The notes beneath the pieces were generated by a model, which saw only the letters and a program-made list of their open reading frames with translations, was not told the origin of the DNA and did no database searches. The position numbers and the translations under genes were made by a program. From Auanema rhodensis (taxonomy: Eukaryota > Animalia > Nematoda), in assembly GCA_964057225.1 (NCBI GenBank), contig OZ059897.1, positions 12,028,001 to 12,092,000 on the forward strand: DNA of 64,000 nucleotides, in the 5' to 3' direction. Positions 52,475 through 64,000 of the stretch are shown in pieces. Each line of letters starts with the position of its first letter. The stretch's first letter is position 1.

Positions 52475-54434
52475 ATGTCATTAAATGAGGAAGGAACTGG
52501 TATTTTGAAAACTCATGTACATTGGGAAGACATTCAAAAACATCTTTACAAATCATTAGGTTCAAATGCTAAATTAGGAAATGATGCAATTGCTCATGAT
52601 ATAACCGATATAAATGTATTATTATTATTATATTTTCTTTAAAATATAATTAAAAAACAATTTTTTACAGGGATTTACTTCTAAGATGACGCTGGTTCAT
52701 ACAGATTTTGCTGATGAAACCTTGCCCAAAAAGATTATTGTTAAAGTATATTTGATAATTAGCAGAGTTTTTTGACTATTATTCTGTTTAGATTCTCTCA
52801 CTTACTAATGCAAACGAGAATGCCAAAAAAATTGACCCAGAGAAGGGAAACTTCTTCTCCGTGTCTGAGGATAAGGTGGAATCAGAAATTGAAGTCAATC
52901 CAATTTGTCGGGTAAAATTCAAAATTCAAAACTTTCAAACTTGGTTAATTCATTTCAGTATCATAACTTAGAAGTAGATGCTTATAATCGTTTCAATACA
53001 ATCAAAGATGAAATCTACCCGATAGTTAAAGTAATTTCTGGATACCCTTGAATGATTTAATTTTCAATTTGTAGGTGTATGCTTCACAAGCAATAACACC
53101 ACCTGAGAACTATAATAAAGGATTCTTAATCATGGAATATGTTGAGAATGTCGAGCCAATTCATCTTGATGTCTTCTTTGACGAGCGTCTGATGTCTGAG
53201 GTGTTAAGAGCGACTGCAAAGGTTAACGCTTCCATAAAATATATGAATGAAGAAGAAATTGAAAAGTGCAAAATGAATACTTTCTCTGATTGCTTCCGTC
53301 CACTTTTAGAGAAGAAGGTATGCAGTATATTTTCATTTCAATAAACATTTGAACATTTTCAGTTCGTACGATCTTTTTACGATTCATGCAGGTTGTTGAT
53401 TGGAGAGGAACACCTTCAGAAACTGGCAGACATTGAGCAAATTCTTTTTGATATTACGGAAGAAGAGCATCTGATAATGCTGGATAAGACAACGGAATCT
53501 TTAGGTTTAGCAAATTTTATGAAAATTTTTTTATGATTATGATGACAGGAATGAAACCTGTGTTTTTACATGGTGATCTATGGACAAATAATATTATACT
53601 CCTTAAAAATGAGAAGAATCAGTTAAACTTAAGAGCTCTTATTGATTTCCAGGTAATTATTTCGAATCCAACCACGGCTATCACCGTTGACTTAATCTCT
53701 TAATTGATTATGTTTGGAGCGCGTTTAGCAAATCATTGTAAATATAAAGTAAGAGTATATTGAAATATCTTCGAGGTAAACAAATAAATTAAAATTTTTG
53801 ATTTTGTTCAAATGAACCGTCTGGGGTGATTAAGAAACTAAACTTATGATTCTAAAAGGTGCATTTCTCTTGATGTTAAGTATTCTTACACAGTGCTCAA
53901 AAACTAAATGCGCTCCAATAGTATTCCCATTAATAGTAGAAAGCTGTTATCAGTTTTTTTCCAGTGAATATAAAAGAATAAATTTAAGGCTTCACATGTG
54001 GGTAATCTTGGTCACGATGTAGCAAGACTGTTGTGCTCCGTTTTGCCAGCGGAAAATTTTGAAGAACTGTTCGAAAAATATGTCAAAGAGTATTATACTT
54101 ATTTAGTTGAATATTGTAGTCCTGAGACTATGCCTGGAACATTCGAACAGGTAACTTTTAGATTATTTTTGAGTTCAAAATTTATTTTTTCTTGTAGATT
54201 TCTGAAGCAATTTACAAGTTATTGCCTATAAGTGCTCATATTATGTTAGGCTGCAATTCAATGCTCTATATATTACTTTTAGGAAAAAGAAAAGATCCTG
54301 AATTGGTATATCATGTTGTTTGAGAACTGTTTGATATTTTCTGTTTTCAGGCAAAGAAGTTAATTAAGAACAAAGTTCTAGTTTTGATCGAAATTATTCA
54401 CAAATACTATAACAAGTATTACGAGAAGAATTAA
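52475..54434 (+). CDS. CHK kinase-like / EcKL (DUF1679) kinase, copy 2
   Basis: Mirror of 44158-46117; HGDLWTNN and IDFQ motifs are intact. Confidence 0.9.
53714..53918. mobile_element. Degenerate MITE-like element in the kinase intron (copy 2)
   Basis: TIRs ttggagcgcgtttag ... ctaaatgcgctccaa. Confidence 0.45.
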
Positions 54435-55794
54435 TTTTTTCTAGTTTTTATATTTAAGAATTCCAATTATTTATTATTTTTTTATTATTAAAACTGTTTT
54501 ATCAAAAACTAATAAACCTTATTTCAACCATTATCAGACTTAAAAATATTTTTTTTTCATTCACATTGCGACCCACCGTTCATTTTAAATTTGACATCAA
54601 AATAAATTATAATCATTCCACGTGGTTCACGTGAATTTCTGCTGTCGTTCAGATATGCATGTCACGTTTTTTTTCATTACTGAGAAGATACATTAGGAAC
54701 TAGAGATCAAAAGTTTTTAGTGAAAATAAAAAAAAATTGATCGTAGATGAACAATTTCATTCGATCAACACTGTTTATTTTTTAGCTCAATTACTTTCCT
54801 GTTCCAGATGTTAATCATTTCTGTGTTACGCAGTTGAATTTTCGTCCGATTTTCTAGAAATGGATTAGAAACTCCCTCTCATGTGTTTTAAAATTTTTTT
54901 CGCTGAACTTAACCCTTGTATTGGAACAATTTCCTTGTTCTTTAGAGTGTATTTCTTCCTTTGTCTTGTCGTTTGTCTTTCTTGCTAATGGCGTGATATG
55001 GGAAAGTAGTGTATACGGAAGACATAAGTATAACATGAATTCAGAAGATAATCTAAAGATTGATTCAGATTTACGAGAAGTTTGTTGCACAGATTCTATT
55101 GAATAGCACGTAGACACAAGACGATGCTATTATTAAATACTGATTTGTGTCTGATCAAAATGACAAAACGGTTATGGGGTTTTCTTGTAATTTTCTTTGT
55201 TGAGTTTGTCCTTGATTTCACTCTGAATGTAAAATATTTCACAGTTTAAGTCGAACATTTGCTCTCTTTGATTTACTATGATGATAAGCTTTTCCCCTTT
55301 GTGAATTCTTGATCACGTGGAAGATGATACAAAAAAAAGCTCATTACCGGATGTTTCCTATTAAATTTTAATTTCTTACCCATCTCAAATTTCAGATTTT
55401 TTATTAGTCAATATTTGAACCATTCGGCCATAAACTTTGTGTTTTCCCAAAAAGTTGCAAAGAGCTATTAGTTCGTTAGACGATCACAATTCAATGATTT
55501 ATCAAACCATACTTCTTAATTACAATAGTGGAATCAAAGAAGAAACACACACACATATCGTAGAAATAAAATGAATCGCAGAATCAGTTTTTTTTTATTT
55601 TTAGAAAAATTCATTTGCGAATACATTTTCTTTCAATACATTTAGCAACATGCACTTAAAAAAAGACAGTTATTTTAAAATTTAATTGATAAGATAATTA
55701 GGTAAAGACGACACTTAATTTCAGTAAATTAGCAAATGATCATATTTTAAATGACAAAAAAAAAGAAAAGATTTCTAAGTGATTATATTCTCTA

Positions 55795-55795
<1 letters not shown>

Positions 55796-55843
<48 letters not shown>

Positions 55844-55987
55844 TATGTATATGTATCAAAACGAATTGATATAAATATAAATATATTTTGATACATAGAT
55901 CATTTTATGAATGATAAACGAATTAATACATCTTTCTCTTCTCCTTATCATATCATACGCTCTCTCTCTTTTTCTCCCTCCCTCTCC

Positions 55988-56027
<40 letters not shown>

Positions 56028-56038
56028 CTTCCTCTCTC
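55796..56038. repeat. (TA)n and (CT)n microsatellites
   Basis: TA run at 55796-55839 and CT run at ~55960-56038. Confidence 0.9.
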
Positions 56039-57314
56039 TATCATCCTAACCTACATCATTTGGCTATCTTCCAAACATATAGTACTCATACTGGTCAAAA
56101 AGACAAAAAAAAGGAAAGTTGAACAAATAGTCCATGCGGCACTCTTTCTTTTTTTTGTGTGAAAATACCACATATTGGTATATTGCTCGCCAAAATGTGT
56201 TTAAACTTGTTTTGTACGATCATAACCATTTTTTTACCTGAAATTACTTCTTGTTATGCTCCTCAACTTCTTATATTTTTAATAGAAAATATAATTTGAT
56301 ATATGTATCCATATCTTATGATCATCTTTCATTATCACATATTTGAAATTCTCTTCTTGAAATTATAGTTTATACAGGTTATTTGAAGAGTAATCTATCA
56401 CTGACCCAATTATATTATAAATTTTCATACAAATTCTTGCAAGTATTATAAAACAAAGATGATATTTTGAAAATGCACTATATTTTAAGAGATATGCCTG
56501 TACACCTGTATTTTTATCCATTAATAGTATTTTTTAAACTAAAAAATGAGTTTTGATTCGAATCTCAAACAAGTAATTTCAACGTCACCAGACCGTAAGA
56601 ACTGGTTTCGATCAGCAGTGAGTCGCGGGATACCTCCTCATGAGCGTCTCCTCACAACACACAAAATTGAAGAGGAGGTGAAAAGAAGAAGTGATACGAT
56701 TCGTTTGTGACACGAAAAAACAAATAACTCGCATCAGCCTAGCAATAGTTTTCGATTCGGATGACAAGAAGCAAATCATAAAGAACGTTCAATATATACT
56801 CCTCCCTCCTTCGAAACTTGGAAAACGCACGTTAGCATGATATACGGGAATCAAACAAAAATTTTTTTTTGGAAAAATGGATAAAAGTGTGCTGCTATGT
56901 TTGGACAATAACATCATATATTTATATATTTAAGCTATAATCATTCAAATACAATTTATATGTTTATAGTGATGATATTAAAATTTTGATCGGATATTTC
57001 AAATTGGGACAAATTTATAAGAAGAAAGATGGCTAACAGTAGATCTTATTGAAACAGAACACAATGTGATAAAGACAGGCAACAGAGGAATTGGTGTGAG
57101 AGACAAGAACAGAGTGAAATTGAAAAAGAAAAGTGATATTAGTGCTTGAGGGATAGATTGAGAAGTAGTTGATCATCTTAAGAAATGATCTGTTCTTGTG
57201 TCAGAGATGAATTAGTGTTAGAATTCAAACTTATGCTTATTTTGTATTCAAAAGTTGTAGTATTAAAACATTAGAGTAAATAACATTCTTATTTTATTAG
57301 TTTCTATAGGAAAA

Positions 57315-57406
57315 ACGTGAGAATGTACAAAATTGGCTACGTGCTTATCCTATCGTCTGCCTACGTGACTTTGTGAGAAAGTAGATAACAAGAGCCTGGT
57401 ATATAT
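57315..57406 (+). promoter_or_regulatory. Putative rhy-1 promoter: HRE cluster plus GATA site plus TATA-like box
   Basis: ACGTG at 57315, TACGTG at 57338 and 57362, AGATAA at 57383 and TATATAT at 57400. Confidence 0.55.
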
Positions 57407-58393
57407 GTGGAAGTTAGAACGAAAGAGTGGAAAAAAAGTTTTTCTTTCCTATTTACTTCACTGTTCTCCTTGGTATTATTAGATTATTATTTCTCTACTT
57501 GCTTATACAGTAATCATTTTTTCATTTGATTTCTTTTTTTAAATTTATCTTTTCGTTAATTCTATTACCAGTTCTTTCTATATTAATATTTGATAACGTT
57601 ATTGTAATATATGATGAACCTGTCATCTTTTATGATAGTAGTATAGTATGTTTCCTGGCAACTTTCCTTTATTTCTCCGAATTTTTTCTCAACATTCCTT
57701 TTTTTTTTTTTAATTTTGTTTTTTGATTTGATTTTTAGTCGAAAATTGTAAAACTTCAAATGTTAAAGTTCATTCAACCTTTTGTTCTGTACTTCTACGT
57801 CATATTCTTTTTTCTTATTCTGTATCCCTCCTTCTCGCTTTCTCATAAAAACGATTTACGTAGCCGTTGAAGCTTTTTGACCTCTGATGTACATTATCAT
57901 TCCAGAACTTCGTTTGTTTTTGTAATTTTTTTGAACCTTCTTCATTCAAACATTACTACATAAATTTAAATAAAACAACTTGAAATATTGTGTGATCAGA
58001 GGGCGGTACAAGCAACATAGACACAATCACTGATGATTGTCAAATAAAGCTCCACCTATTCTAAACAAATCTCAAACGATTTTCACATATTGTCTGCAAT
58101 TGCAGTGCGCTCCAACCTCCTTAACTCTTCTTCACCTTCTCGCCTAATGTCTTTTCTGTTTCTAACATAAGATACAGAGATATATGCTACATCTCAGCTG
58201 TCAGTCATCTTTCGTTCTCTCTCATCCTTCACAGTATATCTCTCTACGCTTCATGAGTTTCTTTACCTTTTATCTCTTTTATTTCTTATCTCAACTTTTT
58301 CACCTTCTGCTCTCTTCAAATTTAATGGGTTTTCTTTCATTTCTTTTCTTCTCGATTTCTGATTTTCCTTTTTCTCTAGTTGAAAGGCCGGCG

Positions 58394-60499
58394 ATGGCCT
58401 CTTGCAATTCACGCAACGTTTATGCTGATACACAAATTAAAATCAACGACTCTCTGATGATGAATTCGAGCTCGGAATATCAAATGCCCTTCCCAGCTTT
58501 AGCCCAGTTTTCTGTTGTAACGCTATGGGTTGCATATGTAAGTTTATACTTCTTCTTCTCTTCAAGCCAAGTAGTTTGATTTTTAATTCAATGTTGAATT
58601 TTGATCAAAAGTTGTAAAATATTGCACTTAAAACTTTATCACTTAACAATAACATAAGAACAAAGTCTAGTGAGTATGATTAGGATGAAAATGATTTTAT
58701 CTTGCTCTGAACGATCTTTTTCAATCTGATTGGTTTCTGACTATTCAAACATGACCATGTGTACCGTAATCTCAAAAAATGTTACGGCATGGATTACTGT
58801 AGTTTTATGATCGTTCCATGAGAGGCGCAGAAAAACTAAAATTCATTGAATTCCAATGAAGAAAAAATAAAAATCTTAATTATTTTTTTTATAAAATATA
58901 ATAATATTTGATTGTTTAGTGTATTGGATGCTCAATTTATCCTCGTTTGGGCCCTGTACAACTTCAAAAATCGATTCGACAACTTTTCCACTGTCGCCCA
59001 TCTGATATGGCTTTTTTCGACAAATACCGTGTTTTTGCTATTGTATGGGTATTAATGAACCATTTGGGAAGTGAGGGTCGAATTGATATTTTACTTCGTT
59101 TGCCATCTGGAGAGGATTTCAAAGTAATTTTGATACGCTTTTTTCAATTTTTCATGATTGTTATTTTTAGAAAAATGTACATGATCATATCATTTTTGGT
59201 CCTTTCTTAGGAAATTCCGCACTTGGTGTAGAAATCTTCTTAGTTCTTTCTGGAGTTTTGTCGGCTGTGTCATGGTTCTCCAAAGAACGTGAACCATTCT
59301 GGACCCATTACTGGTCTTTCGAGAAGAAACGCTATTTAAGATTAGCACCTAGTGTTGTCGTATTTCTATTATTAGCTGGTGGTCCACTTATGAATTATAT
59401 GTTACCAAGGTATATATATAGATTAATCTATATGACTTATAATATTCTATAATTTAGATTTAATGATTCAATGACATCTCAATGTGGCAATATTGGCTAT
59501 ATGAGTCATGTGTTCTTCTTTGCCAATGTACGTGAAGCTCCAGTATGCTTAGGATACCTTTGGTACTTGGGATTAGACTTCCAATTGTACCTGATCATTC
59601 CCATTCTCTATACCTTGATCTTCAAATCAAGAAAATTGTTCTATGGTGTCATAGCGTCAACTGTCATTCTTTCAATGATTGCTAGAGCTATTCATTGTTC
59701 ATACTATGGGGTCTGTAACAATAGTGGTGTTGATATACCTGTAAGTTTATAATATTCTATAAACAAAAACACTCATTTGTCTTTTTTTCAGTTCATATCG
59801 TTCCCAAATCAGACAGATGCTGATTTAGAAGCTATTTACGGTGGAATATATCAATTGTATGGACGTCCACATACTAAATGCGGACCTTTCCTTATTGCTG
59901 CTGCTATTGGCGTCTTCCTTGTCTTCTACAAAAAGAGCCGACAATCAAACTCGTCTACTCCAGAAATCAAATTGTCTGAAAGAGCCAGCCAGATTCTCTT
60001 TTATTCATCTTTGATGCTTGCAATTGTTACTGTCTATGCTATTCTACCAGAGTATTGGGATGTAAATGCAGGAACAAATCTATACAACGTCACATACACA
60101 GCCACATTCCGCACAGTATTTGCTATTGCATTACTCGGAATGATCTTATCAAGACTTTTGGGACCTAATAAGTAATATCTTTATAATTCTTTATCGTATC
60201 TTCTAACTTTTTGCATTTTCAGTGGACCTGTCAGTATTTGGTGGACCGTACTTGGAAAATTGAGTTTCAACGTGTATTTACTTCATATGCCAATTGTGTT
60301 TGTTTTCAACAATTTAAATTATCTTCAAGAAGCTGACGGAGCATTAGAACTACTGGTTGTATTACCATTATTAGTGATTATTAGCTTCACAGCTGCTTTT
60401 ATTTATCATATTTTCGTTGAATCACCTATAGCTGATATTATTAGATATACCCAATCTCACTTATTTGAACCAACAAAAGAACATTTGAAAATGCATTAA
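58394..60499 (+). CDS. rhy-1: Acyltransferase-3 family multipass protein RHY-1
   Basis: NHLGSEGRIDIL, GNSALGVEIFLVLSG, CLGYLWYLGLDFQLY, GVCNNSGVDIPFISFP, RPHTKCGPFL, AILPEYW...LYNVTYTATFR, YLLHMP and FVESPI. These match remembered RHY-1 motifs; there is no NRF domain. Confidence 0.87.
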
Positions 60500-60557
60500 G
60501 AACCTTAGGCGATAATTATGTATTTTTTCCTCCATTTTGTGCATCATATTTTCTACA

Positions 60558-60605
<48 letters not shown>
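60558..60605. repeat. (CT)n microsatellite in the rhy-1 3' UTR
   Basis: Directly visible CT run. Confidence 0.9.
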
Positions 60606-60614
<9 letters not shown>

Positions 60615-61372
60615 TCTGTTTTTCTCATGTTTTCTATTTTTGGTTGATTTTCGCTCATATTTGCCTATCTCCAAATTATTGTTTCCTTCTTCTCATTCTC
60701 CTTATTGAAAGCTTTTCCACAAATCTCTTTAATTTGCAACTTTACTGTAAATATTATTATTTTTTTAGTTCCAATTACGTACAGAGCTTTGTTTATTTTG
60801 TATTTAGTTTCTGATTTTGTATATAATTACCGGTGATTAATACATCGATTGAAAAGATCTTATTAATGAAATTGCATTTTATATATGAGCATGTATTATA
60901 AACAAAAAATTTAATTTAAAAGATAAAATTAAAATAATAATAAATTAATAAAAATTATTATTTTTATTTAATTTTTATAAATTTTATTATACAAATACAA
61001 AAAATCAAAATACTTACTTACTTACCCTCTCACTTAGATCTGTATGAAGTAAAGTCAGTCAGATCTCTATAGAACTGCATAATCTATCTTTATAAAAGGT
61101 TTTTGCAGATATATCGTTGAAAACTGATTATCATTGTCATTGACTGACTTCAAGAATATTGCAACAAACTTTCTTGTTTTTAAGGAAAAAAAGAAGGAAC
61201 AATGTAGTAAGTAAAACGTAATGTTAAAGTATTTCTATCCAATTAATTCATATGATTAATCAAAATTAGTGAGATATCTTGTCTAGTTAACCAATTCCTG
61301 TTATATTCAACATTCAACATTCAACAACTTTTAGCTTTTAAGCCTTTTGTATTATATTAATTTTCTATTATT

Positions 61373-61915
61373 ATGTATTATATATTATTAATATTATTAA
61401 CACTAATATATTCATCATATGGATTAAGTGCTTATGATCCAGCAAATCTCTTACTACCTCATCAGGTAAGCATTAAGTTTTATTTATTTTTCTTATTAAC
61501 TTAAAGAAAATCACATATATGTTCATATTTTGAGGAACATAATCAATTAACAGCATCTGATCACCGACCATTTATTCCAAAAGTTGCCGTCGCATATCCA
61601 AAGTACAATAGTTTTATAAAAAATTATTTTTAACTTATATTATATAGTTAAGAACAAATAATTTTCAGAAACGTTGATATAAGTAATCGATTAGTTAATA
61701 TTCCGATTTTTTCTTCAACTGAAAGATCAATACAAGTAATTTCCTTTTCTTTATTTGAATTGAAGTTAATATAATTTGTTTTCAAGACAACAACATCTCA
61801 ATCATTGATTCAAATGAAGAATATAAAAGAAATTCGTCCAAAAGAAAATTCTCTTATAATCTTTGAAAAACGAAAAAAAAATTATAGATTACATAGAATA
61901 AATAAAATAATTTAA
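61373..61915 (+). CDS. Small secreted orphan protein (~118 aa), 4 exons
   Basis: Signal-like MYYILLILLTLIYSSYG; three GT-AG introns keep the frame (…LPHQ|EHNQL…YPK|NVDIS…SIQ|TTTSQ…NKII*). Confidence 0.5.
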
Positions 61916-62822
61916 AATTTTTATTTAATGACTTAATAAAACATCTGAATTGAATATGCGTAGTATGTCTTTTACCACTACGTAATGATATCTCGCCTGG
62001 GAATTGAGATTGAAAATGACAATATTTATAATTTATTTTATGTTATAATCTATGTATATTCTATTTATATATTTATAGAATATACTCAGAATATAAAGTA
62101 AAAGAGAATCACAAAGTTCAAAGAAATGGAAAGATAGTTTATGAACATTTCAGATATAAGAAAGGTGCAAAAGGTGACTTAGAATAAAGCGAATGTCTGC
62201 TGATTTCACCGAAGTTTTTGTAAAAAAAAAAGAAAATTAAAGAAGAATAATTAAAATTGTTTGAAGAAAATATGAAAATATCAATAAAAAAACATTAATA
62301 TATATATGTATGTATATGTATATAGTTATTCATATAAGAATAACTTTCAAAAATCATATTATATTAACATTTGATTGCTGAGCACAATTAGGCACGGGCA
62401 TCACAGTTGAGAGACATCTTGGTTGTTTTGTAATGGGTAAAATTGGGAAGGATTGAAGGAAAAAACAGATAAACTTCAATAGACTAATTTAAAAGATTTG
62501 TCTTATGTAGTAGTTAAGTTATTTTCAATTCTAAACTTTAAGTTTTATAAATTTTTTTAAAATTTGATAGAAAAGAAGCTAAAGAATGGAGCTATATTTG
62601 AATTATATTGTGGGGATTGGGAGTGGAATAGGGAGGAGTTTGAGAAGTACCCAAATCTTCTAAGAGAGCTATAACCATAATTCTCTGACAGGACTACAAA
62701 TGATATAACTATATCTATACAGGAAAACAAATAAAATAATAATAATAATAATAATAAAAACAAACAAACAAAAAAAATTTTTTCACAAATTTGATTTGGA
62801 AAAAAATTCTTTTTTTTTTTTC

Positions 62823-64000
62823 TCAATTATTATTATTGTTCAGATAATTTCGAATTGATGTTTCCATTTTTTGACGATGTGCAATTCGTGTTACACCTAA
62901 TTGGGTAAAAGCTGTTCTATCAAATTTGGATAATGCACATCCAGATATACGTCGAGATCGGAATGCATCACGGTACTCTGAGAGACCAATGGCATCAAGC
63001 CATGAAATTACTTCTCCACAACTCCAATCTATCAAGTCCTTCCGCTTAAATGAACAATTGTCCGCATCTAAAAAAATATAAACATGAAAAAACTTTCAAA
63101 AATTTCATTTAAAAAGTTAAATTTTTTTAAAATTTAAAATTTTTTTATAGGTTATTATAGTTTTTAAAAGAAATATCTATTGGATTTATCAAAATTAACA
63201 TAAAAGTTCTTGTCATCTACATGGTTTTTCATGAAAAAATAGGGTGCAGGTGTGTGAAATACCCCACATTTAACACCAACAGTTGAAAGGAAAGTAGAAA
63301 GTAACCCTAAGGATAGAATGACCAATAAACCATTTTAGGAAATAATTTCAGCTAGTATAGAGGAGAAGTACTACGTGCTCACTTCTAAATTCACCGTCAG
63401 AATCTCCGGTTCCAGAATCTGGATCATCATAATCCACAGGAGGCAGTATCGGTCGTATAGCTTTGTTTGAAGCTGAATCAGCTGAACATCCGGATAGTGT
63501 TGATAGAGAAGAAGTGACAGACATCTAAATCACCATGCACCACATTATATAGTAAAAAGAGATAGAAAAAAGTGGAAAAAGAAGTTCATGCAATAGTAGG
63601 GTAGGAAGATTAGAATTTTCTTTTTTTTCTTTTATTTAAAAGAAAAAAAAATTAAAATTTAGTTTTCTTATGTTTATCATGCTGATATTAGATTAATAGT
63701 ATTTCAAATACATAACTGTTAAACTCATATCATCAAACATTCAAATCTAATTTTCTTTTAAAATATTTAACTTACATTATCAATATTTTTACGACCATAA
63801 CTATCTTCAATATGTTGAGATATTAATGTAACTTTATGTCCAGATGAATGATCTAATGAGAAATGTGGATGATGATTATCATTACTACGTTCATCACATT
63901 CAGAAGGCTCCAACGATGTTCGTGAAGATGTATACCTACAATCAGTTCAGTTTAATGAACAAAATGAAAATTTTCTAATAAATATCAAATGATGATGTCA
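62823..64000 (-). CDS. shn-1: Shank scaffold protein, 3' end (SAM domain), 5'-incomplete
   Basis: Terminal SAM domain WSCGEVISWLDAIGLSEYRDAFRSRRISGCALSKF...LGVTRIAHRQKME, preceded by the exon SVTSSLSTLS...LPPVDYDDPDSGTGDSDGE. Confidence 0.8.

Larger units (their letters stand above)
50080..54643. repeat. Right arm (4564 bp) of the large inverted duplication
   Basis: Reverse complement of 43949-48512. Confidence 0.97.

Noticed and set aside
43949-54643. Palindrome as a giant TIR transposon (Pack-MULE/Foldback)
   Set aside because: The flanks (tcatttcat versus gtcgttcag) show no target-site duplication, there is no transposase, and the arms are ordinary genes.

Overview
AT-rich eukaryotic DNA with many ~40-50 nt GT-AG introns, operon-like gene spacing and nematode-specific gene families. 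It is almost certainly from a rhabditid (clade V-like) nematode; the species cannot be determined from sequence alone. About 21 spliced genes were reconstructed by hand. In order: the 3' part of a MAPKAP kinase (mak-1), a beta-lactamase-family hydrolase, a secreted Tyr/Pro tandem-repeat protein, an ODR-2/HOT-like Ly6 protein, vps-18, an in-frame METTL23-like methyltransferase::GlcNAc kinase (NAGK) fusion, two tandem ZP-domain cuticlins with gene-conversion tracts, an srx-like GPCR, a GT92 glycosyltransferase, pash-1 (DGCR8) head-to-head with a toe-1/coa-3/ipla-1 probable operon, and a small orphan. Next is a 10.7 kb palindrome (arms 43949-48512 and 50080-54643, each with a CHK/EcKL kinase and a 32-Cys secreted propeptide, around a single-copy chemoreceptor). 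The window ends with rhy-1 and a clustered HIF-element promoter, a small secreted orphan and the 3' end of Shank (shn-1). The most notable items are the methyltransferase-sugar kinase fusion with a possible retained internal trans-splice site, the apparently perfect gene-bearing palindrome and its Cys-rich peptide. No tRNA, rRNA, CRISPR array, telomeric array or autonomous transposon was recognised. Gene symbols come from remembered family motifs, not from searches.
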